DNA from: Abditibacteriaceae bacterium
GTDB taxonomy: Bacteria > Armatimonadota > Abditibacteriia > Abditibacteriales > Abditibacteriaceae
Length of the DNA stretch: 64,000 nt
Assembly (NCBI GenBank): GCA_965277285.1
Contig: OZ255721.1
Location: 3,200,001 to 3,264,000 of the forward strand
Reading direction: 5' to 3'
The notes under the pieces are model-generated. The model had not been told where the DNA came from. It worked only from the letters and a program-made list of their open reading frames with translations, and ran no database searches. Of the stretch, positions 1 to 10,086 are shown piece after piece; the stretch's first letter is position 1; each line of letters starts with the position of its first letter. The position numbers and the translations under genes were made by a program.

Positions 1-2
1 CT

Positions 3-1022
3 GTTGCCAAAAACCCGATGGCGTTGGGCGGTTACGCTTTCACCTGGGGCAACAAGCAGGAAGCGTCCGCGACATGGTACGGAATGTTGTTGCCCGATGG
101 CGAGCGTTTGGCGGCGGTCGATGCGCTGCAAACGATCTGGTCGGGCAAGACACCGGCGAATCGAGTACCGGAAATGAATGGTCTCAAATTAACCACGCCC
201 GACCGCGTTCAGCCCGGTGGCACGGTGCGCGCGGTTTTGACAACCGTCGATCCCGAAAAAGACCCGTTGAAAGTTCAATGGGTTTTGCAACTCGATCCGG
301 CGACGTATAGCACTGGCGGCGCGACCGAAGCAATTCCTCCGACTTATCCCGAAGCGATCGTCAAGTCCGACAACACGTCGTGCGAAGTCAAAATGCCGCG
401 CGGCGGCGGAGCTTATCGCTTGTTCGCCGTTGTTCACGATAACCACAACGGCGCGGCCATCGGCAACATTCCGCTTTTTGTCGAAGGCAACGAACCAACT
501 GAAGCGCCAAAGTCAGCTACCGCCACACTGCCGTATGCGATTTATACCGACGCCGGAGCGAACACGACCTTCATTCCCTCGGGTTATATGGGCACGACCG
601 CTAATATCAAAATGGCGGAAGACGATACTACCAATCCGCACAGCGGCAAAACCGACATCAAGGCGCAATATACTTCGGGCAGCGGTTGGGGCGGCGTAGT
701 CTGGCAAAGCCCGGCCAACGATTGGGGCGATCAGCCCGGCGGCGTCGATTTGACGGGCGCCAAAAAACTGACCTTCTGGGCGCGCGGCGACAAAGGCGGC
801 GAAGAAGTGGAATTCAGCTTTGGCCTGATCAAGAACGATAAGAAGTACTTCGATACCGGCACTGCGACCACGGGCAAGGTCAGGCTTTCGCCGACCTGGA
901 GGCAGTACTCGATTGACTTGACTAATCAGGATATGTCGCGCATCAAAACCGGCTTTTGCTGGATTGTTGGCGCGAATGGCCAGCCCGTCACGTTCTATCT
1001 CGACGACATCAAATACGAGTAA
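3..1022 (+). CDS. Glycoside hydrolase (GH2 TIM-barrel-like) C-terminal part with C-terminal carbohydrate-binding-like domain; 5' truncated by window
   Basis: Frame is open to the window edge; LGGYAFTWGNKQE..TWYG resembles GH2-TIM barrel ends; C-terminal PSGYMG...NDWGDQPGG.DL.GAKKLTFWARG module is typical of such glucanase-associated domains. Confidence 0.55.
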   Translation, partial: VAKNPMALGGYAFTWGNKQEASATWYGMLLPDGERLAAVDALQTIWSGKTPANRVPEMNGLKLTTPDRVQPGGTVRAVLTTVDPEKDPLKVQWVLQLDPATYSTGGATEAIPPTYPEAIVKSDNTSCEVKMPRGGGAYRLFAVVHDNHNGAAIGNIPLFVEGNEPTEAPKSATATLPYAIYTDAGANTTFIPSGYMGTTANIKMAEDDTTNPHSGKTDIKAQYTSGSGWGGVVWQSPANDWGDQPGGVDLTGAKKLTFWARGDKGGEEVEFSFGLIKNDKKYFDTGTATTGKVRLSPTWRQYSIDLTNQDMSRIKTGFCWIVGANGQPVTFYLDDIKYE

Positions 1023-1068
1023 AGCCGATGAGCCTTGACCGCACGATGCAACCAAATATCCGTCTTTC

Positions 1069-1101
1069 AAACGCGCGAATCTTTATGGTTCGCGCGTTTT
1101 T
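1069..1101. terminator. Intrinsic terminator between convergent genes
   Basis: AAACGCGCGAA-loop-TTCGCGCGTTTTT hairpin with T-tract. Confidence 0.7.
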
Positions 1102-1258
1102 GTTGTTTCATTCATCCCAAACGAGATTTTTCTGCAACCAACACTTCAATACTTGGACGATTGTAACGTGCCATTCGCCGGAACCGACTTGACGAATGCG
1201 CAAACGTGTTTGATCAACGCGGCCAATATTTATCACTAATCCAGGCGAGTTTTGTGGC

Positions 1259-2299
1259 TTATCGAGTACTCGAAAGTCGTCCCGTCGACAGCGCGTTCGC
1301 AATAACACTGTTAAAGACATTCTTTTTCGCAGCCAGTAAAGCTTTCTGGTTGCGCGCGAAACGTTGGCCGATGAACAACAGCGAATCGTGGTAATGTTGT
1401 CCCCAATATTCCCAGGTGTGGCGGCCTGGAAAAACGTGCGCCGCGAAATCCAAACGGCGGCTTTGCATCAATGCCTGCATTTGCTTGAACTCAGGCAATT
1501 CCTCGTCGCGCTGCCCAATGTCCATATAAAAGCTGAGGCCTTGTTGCGGCGTAACGAGTCGCATCGTTTTGGTCGGGTCATTGGCGTTCCACAACGGGCC
1601 GGGCGCGCCTAAAATGTTCGTCATATTTTGCACGTCGTCGTTCGGGCTGAAAAAGCCGGTGTGCGAGGCGCCGATTGTCCAAATGTCGGGATGCTTCAAA
1701 ATGAGGTTGAATGCGGCATAACCTCCAGCCGAAACGCCGACGATGGCGCGCATTTTCGCATTTGGAATCGTGCGATATTTGGTGTCCATCCACGGCACCA
1801 GTTCGTGCATCATGAAACTTTCCATTTGCCAGGTGCCGTCGGCGCGATCCAGAAAGTTCGTCACATCGGCGGGATTGGCCGGGCCGTGACCATCGAAGGA
1901 AACCAGAATGACGGGCGGAATTCGGTGCGACAAAATCAATTGTTCGGTGGTGTCGTGAATCTGGCCTTTGACGAAACAATCGCGCACTTCGCCGGGCATT
2001 CCGTGCAAAACGTAAATGACCGGGTATCGAGTACTCGATGTGCTGTAACCTGGCGGCAGATAAACCCAGGCGGTGATTTTTCGATGCAGGCGCGGACTCA
2101 TCGGCATCGAAATGCGAATCATTTTACCGGCGAGTTTTTCGTTAAAAATCGCGTTTTCCTGGCGTGTGTGAAACCATCGCAAATAGCGCGGCCAGCCAAA
2201 CCAGTAACCCAGAAAGGCGACAACTGCAAGAACTGCAAACGCTAAAAGTCGCGGCCACCAGAGAGTTTTGCGCCGCGCAGGTTGTGGAATTTGCGTCAT
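1259..2299 (-). CDS. Membrane-anchored putative esterase (alpha/beta hydrolase, Esterase PF00756-like)
   Basis: N-terminal TM helix; VYLPPGY...YPVIYVLHG, nucleophile GVSAGG, C-terminal GRHTWEYW. Confidence 0.85.
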   Translation of the reverse strand: MTQIPQPARRKTLWWPRLLAFAVLAVVAFLGYWFGWPRYLRWFHTRQENAIFNEKLAGKMIRISMPMSPRLHRKITAWVYLPPGYSTSSTRYPVIYVLHGMPGEVRDCFVKGQIHDTTEQLILSHRIPPVILVSFDGHGPANPADVTNFLDRADGTWQMESFMMHELVPWMDTKYRTIPNAKMRAIVGVSAGGYAAFNLILKHPDIWTIGASHTGFFSPNDDVQNMTNILGAPGPLWNANDPTKTMRLVTPQQGLSFYMDIGQRDEELPEFKQMQALMQSRRLDFAAHVFPGRHTWEYWGQHYHDSLLFIGQRFARNQKALLAAKKNVFNSVIANALSTGRLSSTR

Positions 2300-2322
2300 T
2301 GTTATTTTTGATGTTGAGAAAA

Positions 2323-2613
2323 GGACACGGCAGCTTTACCGACGCGGATTGAACGGATAAATACGGATCGAAATTAAATTAGACTTTCTGCATGGTCTCG
2401 CAGTTTGTCATTCTGAGCGTAGCGAAGAATCTAACTGAACATAGATTCTTCGCTACGCTCAGAATGACAAACTGCGATTTTTAGGGCGTTTCGCGTACTT
2501 TGTTTACAACTTCTCAGAGTGACAAACTTTAAGACTATACAAACTGCCTCTTGAAAATCCGTGTTCATCTGTCCCGGGTGCCCTTTGGGCGGATGTAACG
2601 AAGTTCCGTGTCC
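2323..2613. repeat. Composite REP-like element: ACGGAT/ATCCGT outer arms enclosing a TGTCATTCTGAGC palindrome (2398-2477)
   Basis: Inverted arms visible; outer family recurs at 22868-22969 and 45417-45568, inner family at 17566, 60623 and 62820. Confidence 0.85.
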
Positions 2614-2625
2614 CAACTTCTATTT

Positions 2626-4545
2626 TTAGCCGCTTCTCAAATGCTTGAAGAATTGCCACCACGAGCTTTGTCCCGAATCGGCGCGAATGATCGCGGTGGC
2701 AACCGAAGGCAAACCCGCCGCGCCAGAATAAGCCAAAAACAAAGGTCGCCACTTGGGATCAAATTTTTCCTTGAAAGCGTGCAAGCCCTTGAAGTTATAA
2801 AACTGGTTGATGTGTTCGTACATGAAGTGCATCGCTTTTTCGGTCGCCGGGTCTTCGCTGTGTTCGCCGACCATCGCAAACGGGCTGGGGCCGACGTTGA
2901 AGGTATCGAAGCCTTGCGTCTTCGCCCACTCAAACAGCGATACGAACAAAAACTCCATGGTGCCTTTGGCGCAATCGGGGCTACGACGCATCAGGTCAAC
3001 TGTCGATTCGTTCAACTGATATTCGGAAACGATGTTGGCGAAGGCGGTGATTTCGCCGTCCGCGTCGTGAATCGCCAGTACCGGACAGGCGCGAATGTAA
3101 GCGTCTTCAAACGAACCCAGCGAAAACTGTTTTTCGCTGCCGTGCATCATCGCCAGCCATTCGTCGCTGACTTCGCGCAACTCTTTCATCAACGCGTCCG
3201 AGAGCGGCGGTTGATGAACTTCGGCACGGTAACCTTGTTTTTTTAAGCTGTTGAGAATGTTGCGCGTGTTCTTGTGGCTTTTGCCGTCGAGAGAAAAATT
3301 TTGCACATCGACAATCGCTTCGTGCCCGATGCGCAGCAGCAATAAACCGGCGTCGCGGTACACATTCGAGTACTCGTCATAGACTTCGTAGAACGCGGCG
3401 CGCCAATCGTTGCGCTCGCACCATTCGACCCAGCCGTGAATCGCGGCGGCAGCATCTTCGCACGGCCCAATCGGATCGCCCATCGAAACCGCCACGCGAC
3501 CGACCACCGCAAACGCCACGACCGAGCCGCCTTCACTGAACCAATAGCGTTTATCATCGAAAAGCGCACAAAACGCGAACGCCGTTCGACCATATTTTTC
3601 AACGATTTCTCGTGCTCGCTGGCGTTCTTTGACGGAAACCGGTTGACGCAAAACGACGGGACGCACCAACATCCAGGTCGCGTAGCTGAAGGTGAAAAAG
3701 GCGACAAAGTAAATCGAATCGGCGAACCATTGACCAAAACGCGTCACCGGTTCCACGCTGGGATCGTAAAATTGCGTGAACATCGTCAGCGTTTGCCAAG
3801 CCGCGGCGCGCCATCCGAAGTGGACGTTAAAATGCGTGTCCAATAGGAAAAACCCCAGCGTTCCATAAGCCAGCGTGAAGAAAAACGCCGCGACGCACAT
3901 CATCACGCCTTGTCGCACCGAAGGCGCATCGGAACGCGCGTGAAAATGGCGCCGCGCGATCCACAGCCACGAGGCTAAAAACAGCGCGAAAGCCGCTTCT
4001 TCGTAGTCTAATCCTTTGGTCAGGTGCGCGATTTGCGAAACGATGAGGACGCCAATCGTCAGCGCCCACGCGACTTGCTTGCGACGCCACAAACTAAGCG
4101 CCAGTAAGCACAGCGCGAAACCCGCCAAAGCCGTCGCCAGATGGCTGCCGCGCCGCACTTCCAAAGGCAGCATTTCACGCAAAATTGTCATGCGGTCGGG
4201 CAAGCCTGGCGTCACCGTCGACCACAAATTGACCAATCCCATCAAACCCGTCAAGATCGCCGGAACTTGAACGCTCCATAAAGCGCGCCGCCGCGCCGCA
4301 AACTTCGGATGCGCATGAGACACAGCCAAAGGCGGCTCAGGCACATCTTTATTCACGTTCGTCGGCACCTCATTTATTGATGTCGTGCGATCAAGATCTG
4401 CCATTCGAGTACTCGAAGTCTTGCCGTCCGAAGTCTCTTCGATAAAACCGGTGGACGACGCCACCTTTTGAGATTGCTCGTGCACGACGTTTCCATTTAT
4501 GACGGTCTCGTTCACGACGTTTTCGTTCACGACGTTTTCGTTCAC
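2626..4545 (-). CDS. Aminoacyl-phosphatidylglycerol synthase (MprF C-terminal/DUF2156) with N-terminal TM region
   Basis: HLTKGLDYEEA, MGDPIG, DLMRR, YNFKGLHAFKEKFDPKWRP motifs; in-frame GTG at 4545 overlaps the upstream stop (GTGA). Confidence 0.9.
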   Translation of the reverse strand: MNENVVNENVVNETVINGNVVHEQSQKVASSTGFIEETSDGKTSSTRMADLDRTTSINEVPTNVNKDVPEPPLAVSHAHPKFAARRRALWSVQVPAILTGLMGLVNLWSTVTPGLPDRMTILREMLPLEVRRGSHLATALAGFALCLLALSLWRRKQVAWALTIGVLIVSQIAHLTKGLDYEEAAFALFLASWLWIARRHFHARSDAPSVRQGVMMCVAAFFFTLAYGTLGFFLLDTHFNVHFGWRAAAWQTLTMFTQFYDPSVEPVTRFGQWFADSIYFVAFFTFSYATWMLVRPVVLRQPVSVKERQRAREIVEKYGRTAFAFCALFDDKRYWFSEGGSVVAFAVVGRVAVSMGDPIGPCEDAAAAIHGWVEWCERNDWRAAFYEVYDEYSNVYRDAGLLLLRIGHEAIVDVQNFSLDGKSHKNTRNILNSLKKQGYRAEVHQPPLSDALMKELREVSDEWLAMMHGSEKQFSLGSFEDAYIRACPVLAIHDADGEITAFANIVSEYQLNESTVDLMRRSPDCAKGTMEFLFVSLFEWAKTQGFDTFNVGPSPFAMVGEHSEDPATEKAMHFMYEHINQFYNFKGLHAFKEKFDPKWRPLFLAYSGAAGLPSVATAIIRADSGQSSWWQFFKHLRSG

Positions 4546-5621
4546 GGTAACGGGGTCTGGTTGGGTTTTTCGTTGAGGTTTGCGAGGTTGGGTTGAGAGT
4601 TCGTTGTCCATCGGAGAGCCAAAAATCCTATCCACAAAGGCATCCAAAAACTAAGTCCGCGATACGCCAGAACGGCGACTGCGGCGCGTTCGATTGGCAC
4701 GCCCAGGCTGGCGAAAACGGCTGTCATCACGCCTTCGACGACGCCTAATCCTTGCGGCGTGACAGAAACTACCAGAAATAACGTGCCGATGCTATAACCT
4801 ATCACAAGCAAAGGCAACGTTATCGCTGTTGCGTGATGATGCAAATGAGGAATCACCGCAGGAAACGCTTGAAAACACGCCGCCAGAACCGCAATTTCCA
4901 AACTGTCCACCAAAATCGCGTGCAAAATAGGACGAAGCAGTTTCGTGTGTGAACCTTGCAATTGCCTGACGGAAGCGCCGAAACCTTCAATGAAATGCAC
5001 GATTTCTGTGGTCGGAAACAGCGCGCGATGCACCATTTTCTGCGACATAACATTGATGCGCTGACCCGCATTTTCGAGTACTCGAAGAAAGGTTCGCGGA
5101 CGCACAGCCAGGAAAATTAAGGCGAAAGCGGCCAGTGCAAGAACGGTGAAAAGTGTTGCGGCGGCGGCGCTTTCCGCTGGCAGCAATTCGTGGCGGCGCG
5201 ACAGAAACGCCAGACTCAGCATCAATAAAACGCCGAACCAGACGAAATTGAGCGCGAAATAAAGCGTGTTGGCCAGCGCTGCGCGGCCCATATCGAATCC
5301 ACGCAGGCGCGCATCGTTCATTAAAAGCGCGGTGCCGCCCAAGCCAGCCGACGGCGTGACAACATTGAGAAAATGACCGGCCAACACGTTGGGCCACAAA
5401 TCGCGCCAGTGAATCGGCAGATCGAGAGACGCATAAAGCGCTTGATAAAACGAGGTCTGATTGGCCAGAGTGCCCAATTGTAACCAAATAGCGACGCCAA
5501 TCCACAAAGGTTGCCCGCGTTTCAGGGTGCGCAAAAGCGCTTCGCCCTGCGCGAAGTGGCCGAGCAGAAAGACGCCAAACGCCAGCACCAGAAAAAGAAA
5601 AACGACTTTGCGCCAGTTCAT
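4542..5621 (-). CDS. Lysylphosphatidylglycerol synthase TM / flippase-like protein (UPF0104)
   Basis: Multi-TM; NVVTPSAGLGG, TPQGLGVVEG, AVLAYRGLSFW motifs. Confidence 0.85.
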   Translation of the reverse strand: MNWRKVVFLFLVLAFGVFLLGHFAQGEALLRTLKRGQPLWIGVAIWLQLGTLANQTSFYQALYASLDLPIHWRDLWPNVLAGHFLNVVTPSAGLGGTALLMNDARLRGFDMGRAALANTLYFALNFVWFGVLLMLSLAFLSRRHELLPAESAAAATLFTVLALAAFALIFLAVRPRTFLRVLENAGQRINVMSQKMVHRALFPTTEIVHFIEGFGASVRQLQGSHTKLLRPILHAILVDSLEIAVLAACFQAFPAVIPHLHHHATAITLPLLVIGYSIGTLFLVVSVTPQGLGVVEGVMTAVFASLGVPIERAAVAVLAYRGLSFWMPLWIGFLALRWTTNSQPNLANLNEKPNQTPLP

Positions 5622-5863
5622 CGATAAAAACGGAAATTCAGGTTACAACACGATATTCGAGTACTCGAAATGCAGAAGGTGAAACTTTCAACGCGATTCG
5701 CGCGCAATTGTCACAGCGATGCTCATCATAATGGCAACTTGGGTTAATTAATAGAAGCTAAATTATGAACACAACTGAAATCTTGAAGCTGTTAGTTTGT
5801 CATTCGGAGCAGTTATTTGATATATACGATGCCTTGGAGGCAAAATAGCGAAAAGCGACGTTG

Positions 5864-5902
5864 AAAGCGCCGCGAACACTTGAGGTTCGCGGCGCGCGGT
5901 TT
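5864..5902 (-). terminator. Probable intrinsic terminator of the hydrolase gene
   Basis: GCGCCGCGAAC-loop-GTTCGCGGCGC hairpin just after the stop at 5921. Confidence 0.55.
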
Positions 5903-5920
5903 CTGACAAAAAGCAAGTTC

Positions 5921-6721
5921 TTACAACCCGCGTACAAAGGCTTGCAAACGGCGGTTGAACTCTTGCGGGCGTTCCAGGTTGGTCAGGTGGCCGGCTTGCG
6001 GAATAAGGTGAATTTCGGCTTTGGGAATGTAGTGCGCCAGCAAATGTCCCGACTGTGGAGGCGTGATGGTATCTTCGTAGCCGACCATGACCAGCGTTGG
6101 AACTTTGATTTTTTCCAAATACGGCGTAGCGTCGGGGCGGTCGCGCAAGGCTTCCAAAAGTTGCACAATGGCAGCGGAAGAGATCGTTGTGTCACCCATC
6201 ATTTGCCGCACCTTTTCAACCAGAGCGCGGCGCGTGGTGTGCGTTGTTTCGCCCAGCAAGTTGGGCAGCATTCGTTCAAAAAATTCAGATGGCTCGTGCG
6301 TTCGTGCGAACTCGATGTTTTCTTCGCGTTTTTCGCGCGCTTCGGGTGAATCGGGCGCGGCTTGTGTATCGCTCAAAATTAGAGCGCTCAAGCGCTGCGG
6401 ATACATTCGCGCGAACGCCAGAGCGACATAACCACCCATTGAAAGGCCGCACAAAATAATCGGTTGCGCCAGGTTCATGTCGTTCAGCAACAACGCCAAA
6501 TCGTGCGCCATTTGCTCGACCGACGGCGCGCTGGTAAAAGGCGAAGTACCGCCGACGCCGCGCGCATTGGGCGCGATGACCTTGAACTCTTTGGCGAGCA
6601 GATCGATTTGGGCGCGCCACATCACGTTGGAAAGCGGAAAGGCGTGCAAAAACACGACGGGCGTACCTTTGCCGCGTTTGTCGTATTCGATTTCACCGGC
6701 GTCTTCAATGTGCCGCTTCAT
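5921..6721 (-). CDS. Alpha/beta hydrolase (PcaD-like)
   Basis: LHAFP, GLSMGG, GYED, AGHLTNLERP catalytic-triad motifs. Confidence 0.9.
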   Translation of the reverse strand: MKRHIEDAGEIEYDKRGKGTPVVFLHAFPLSNVMWRAQIDLLAKEFKVIAPNARGVGGTSPFTSAPSVEQMAHDLALLLNDMNLAQPIILCGLSMGGYVALAFARMYPQRLSALILSDTQAAPDSPEAREKREENIEFARTHEPSEFFERMLPNLLGETTHTTRRALVEKVRQMMGDTTISSAAIVQLLEALRDRPDATPYLEKIKVPTLVMVGYEDTITPPQSGHLLAHYIPKAEIHLIPQAGHLTNLERPQEFNRRLQAFVRGL

Positions 6722-6870
6722 CGCTGTTCTAACTCCTCATTCTCATCCTGATTCTCATCCTGCAAACCGTGCTCGAGTACTCGAACCTGGGACATTTCCC
6801 ACTATATTCGCAAACATTTGGCCTTTGAACGTCTCAATCTTATCCGAAACGCCAGACTTCAGTAATGCTT

Positions 6871-8265
6871 TCACACCAGAGCGCCTTGATTGCGCAAGGT
6901 TTTTTGTAGTATGCAGCCAATTCCGCGCGGCGCGATTTTGCTCTTGACGCAAAGCGCCGCTGCGGTTCCTGCCGCTTGACCCATCGCAAAACAGGTCGGC
7001 GTTAATCGCGTTGAAGCGTGGCCTTCGTGCGTCGCGGAAATGCAGCGTCCTGCCACGATTAAATTATCTAAACCTAATGGTAGCAAGGCGCGAAACGGAA
7101 TTTCATACCAATCGGATGGCGGCAAGCTTGTCACCAAACCGTGTCCCGTCGGCGCGTGAATATCAACCGGATAGGCCGAACGCGCGATGCAATCTTCAAA
7201 CTTGGCGCCGCTCACGACATCGTTTTCGGTTAAAAGATAATCGCCCACGATGCGCCGCGATTCGCGCACGCCGATCTGCGTCGGAATCGTCGAAATATAA
7301 GCGTTTTGAAAACCATCAATTTCTTGCACAAACCACTCCGCTAAAACGCCGACTTGGCGCCGTCCTTCGATTTCGGCCTGGCTTAAATCGAAACCATTCG
7401 CGCCATCCAACTGCGTGACGCGACTGGTGTTGATAAAGCATTCATCAGCGCGAATGCCCGCGAAAAACAACAAGCGGTCGCGCGGAATGCCCAACTTTGC
7501 GGCATCTTTGCGCCATTTCGTGAAATAGCCGGAAACGCCCGTCAAAGGTGCGCCACGCCGCAAATCATCGAACAAGGTTTCGTCGTGAAACTCGTGCGGA
7601 TTGTCCAAGATATAACGACGAATCGGCGCCCAATCGACGCCGCTCATGCGGAAATACATCGTCATCGGCTGCGTTTGCAACGTTTGCGTTTGCAACGCTT
7701 CTGTTCCCGAATCGAGTACTCGATGTTGCATTGGCGCGCCGCCGCGAAAAGCGACATCGGCATCGCCCGTTGTATCGATGAAAATCTTGGCCGCAACGGA
7801 AAACTCGCCGCTTTTATTAACGATGCGCACCGCTTTGATGCGGTCGTTTGCGCGTTCGACATCGGTTACAAATTCGACATCGATTACAAAAGCGTGCAGC
7901 AAAAGTTGCGCGCCGCTTTCGTGGAGCATTTGCAGCATGACTTGCTTGCACAAATCGGGATCGAAGGGCGTCAGCGAATGAACGAAACCGATGCTGTCGC
8001 GCAAATGACCGACGGCGCCGCCAACTTTGCACAAACGATCCACCAATTCTTGTCCCAGTCCGGCCAAAACTTGTTCGCCACGCTTGTTGTGAAAACTGAG
8101 CCAGGGATGCACCAGCGCCGCAGTTGACGAGCCACCTGGAAAACCGTAGCGTTCGATGAGCAGCGTGCGTGCGCCGTTGCGCGCCGCGGCAATTGCAGCC
8201 ATCACACCAGACGGCCCGCCGCCACAAACTACGACATCGAAATTGTTCAAATCAAAAGCAGCCAC
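6871..8265 (-). CDS. FAD-dependent oxidoreductase (PF12831-like)
   Basis: DVVVCGGGPSG, IDTTGDADVA, GVRESRRI, NLIVAGRCIS, GQAAGTAAA; start placed at GTG 8265 because the longer ORF is the antisense shadow of the secretin. Confidence 0.9.
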   Translation of the reverse strand: MAAFDLNNFDVVVCGGGPSGVMAAIAAARNGARTLLIERYGFPGGSSTAALVHPWLSFHNKRGEQVLAGLGQELVDRLCKVGGAVGHLRDSIGFVHSLTPFDPDLCKQVMLQMLHESGAQLLLHAFVIDVEFVTDVERANDRIKAVRIVNKSGEFSVAAKIFIDTTGDADVAFRGGAPMQHRVLDSGTEALQTQTLQTQPMTMYFRMSGVDWAPIRRYILDNPHEFHDETLFDDLRRGAPLTGVSGYFTKWRKDAAKLGIPRDRLLFFAGIRADECFINTSRVTQLDGANGFDLSQAEIEGRRQVGVLAEWFVQEIDGFQNAYISTIPTQIGVRESRRIVGDYLLTENDVVSGAKFEDCIARSAYPVDIHAPTGHGLVTSLPPSDWYEIPFRALLPLGLDNLIVAGRCISATHEGHASTRLTPTCFAMGQAAGTAAALCVKSKIAPRGIGCILQKTLRNQGALV

Positions 8266-8392
8266 AGCTTCATTATAGCGCGACAAGTTTGTGTTTATGC
8301 GAGAGCGTGCATTCCAAATCGTTGAGAAAAGCGATAAAAAAATGGAAGAAGTATACTTGTCTTCCTTCAAATTATCGTTCGATAACTCTTTC

Positions 8393-10084
8393 ATGCCCCT
8401 TCTTTTTACGCTGTTCTCTTCATCGCACCGTTGCTGCAAATTGGTTCTCGTGTTATCCATTGCAAGCATTTTTGCAATTGCTGCGGCGTCGGCGCAAACG
8501 ACTTCCGCGACATCGAGTACTCGAAACTCAACGCCGCATATCATCGCGCCACCCGCAACAGCGGTTCCCCCCGCCGCACCTATTTCTAATGCAACACCGG
8601 ACGCGACGCCGCCGCTGATAAATCCAACAATCGTAATTCCAGGTTCATCGACAGTTCCCAATGCACCAGCGACAACCGCCAGCCCGACAACTTCGCCCAA
8701 AGCGCCAGCCGCAGCCACTCCCACGGCAACGCCAACAGCAACGCCGACCCCAACGCCGGTTTTGCCCGCGCGCGGCACGCTGGAAGTTTCGGGCGACGCC
8801 AATCAAATGTCGGTCTTTGCCGTCGGCAGCGACGCGCAAGAATTGTTTACCGCCGTAGCCGACCGCGCGAAACTGCCGTTGCTGATCGATGACACGGTTT
8901 CGCGCAAATTGACCGTCAACTTCGTGGACAAACCAGCGCGCCAAATCATCGAAGACATCACGCGTTCTTATGGAATGTCGTCCGCCGATGTGAACGGCGT
9001 GACGATGATTTCCGAAGGCATTCCCCGTTCGCCCAGTTCTTACCTGCTGTCTGACATCGACTCGATTCCGACCAAATACGTCGATGCAGCGAACGCGCGC
9101 AACTTATTGCCGGTTTTCTTGCAGGATTATGTGAAAGTCAATTCGGAGCAGAACGCGGTGGTTTTGTCGGCGCCGCGCGAAGTGTTGACCAAGTTTCGCC
9201 AGGACATCGCGCAGTTCGACATTCCCGCATCGCAGATTTTGCTCGATTTGCTTTTAGTCGAACTGACCAACACCAGCGAAGACGATCTGGGTTTGCAGCT
9301 TTCTTATGCCAACGGCGGACGCGGCATATCGTTGTTGCCAGGAGTGGGAAGTTCGGCGTTCAGTGCGGTGACGACGCTCAAAAGCGGATTCTTCGTTGGA
9401 TTGAACGCCTTGCAGCAGCAGGGCAAAGCGCGCGTGCGTGCCAATCCGCGCATTGCGACAGTTTCGGGACGACCGGCTTCGATTTTCGTCGGGCGACAGC
9501 AGTACGTTTTGACGCCTTTGGATAACGGCGGCAACAACATTTCCGCCGGCGTGCAATTGAATGTGACGCCTTATACGGGCGGACAAAATCAAGTTCTCAT
9601 CAACGCTTATACCGAAGTTTCCACGCTTTCGGCCAACGATCCGAAAACCAACCTGCCGGAAAAAAGCACGCGAACCGCGAACACAACGGTGCGCGTGAAT
9701 GACGGGCAAACCATTGTTATCGGCGGCTTGAAGCAACAGGAAACGCGCGACATTCGCACCAAAGTGCCGTTCTTCGGCGACTTGCCGCTCATCGGCAAAC
9801 TTTTCCGCACCAAAACCATCGGCAAAACCGACACGGAATTGGTCTTGTTCATCACGCCGCACATCTTGTCGGATACGGGACATTTGCCCGCCGCGCAGGA
9901 AAAAGCGATGCAAGATCGTTTTCTCAACGGCGATTTGAACGCACCTTTGCCGCCCGCGCCCGCTTCCACTTTCGATTTGCCGCCGACAGCTTTGTCGCCA
10001 ACGTCTTCCACGCCAACGTCTTCCACGCCAACATCTTCCACGCCGCAATCGAGTACTGGAAACGCGCCGAACGCGGCAAAGTAA
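8393..10084 (+). CDS. Secretin (GspD/PilQ-like) paralog 1
   Basis: Signal peptide, Pro/Thr-rich linker, N-domains, ANPRIATVSG, GQTIVIGGL, KVPFFGDLPLIGKLF, ELVLFITPHIL. Confidence 0.85.
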   Translation: MPLLFTLFSSSHRCCKLVLVLSIASIFAIAAASAQTTSATSSTRNSTPHIIAPPATAVPPAAPISNATPDATPPLINPTIVIPGSSTVPNAPATTASPTTSPKAPAAATPTATPTATPTPTPVLPARGTLEVSGDANQMSVFAVGSDAQELFTAVADRAKLPLLIDDTVSRKLTVNFVDKPARQIIEDITRSYGMSSADVNGVTMISEGIPRSPSSYLLSDIDSIPTKYVDAANARNLLPVFLQDYVKVNSEQNAVVLSAPREVLTKFRQDIAQFDIPASQILLDLLLVELTNTSEDDLGLQLSYANGGRGISLLPGVGSSAFSAVTTLKSGFFVGLNALQQQGKARVRANPRIATVSGRPASIFVGRQQYVLTPLDNGGNNISAGVQLNVTPYTGGQNQVLINAYTEVSTLSANDPKTNLPEKSTRTANTTVRVNDGQTIVIGGLKQQETRDIRTKVPFFGDLPLIGKLFRTKTIGKTDTELVLFITPHILSDTGHLPAAQEKAMQDRFLNGDLNAPLPPAPASTFDLPPTALSPTSSTPTSSTPTSSTPQSSTGNAPNAAK

Positions 10085-10086
10085 TC

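Noticed and set aside
2431..2752. Small ORFs with CHSERSEES or MNTD peptides (also near 45462 and 60637)
   Set aside because: Translations of REP elements, not genes
4505..4545. Short in-frame tandem repeats (VNENV here; QTLQT near 7670; TSSTP near 10000)
   Set aside because: Ordinary slippage duplications in disordered regions, frame-preserving, with no sign of phase variation
5700..5860. AT-rich patch with a 27-codon ORF (5765-5848)
   Set aside because: Too short, no clear RBS, includes a TGTCATTCGGAGC REP remnant; likely a relic
8266..8802. Long N-terminal extension of the FAD oxidoreductase ORF
   Set aside because: Antisense shadow of the Pro/Thr-rich secretin N-terminus; homology starts at the Rossmann motif
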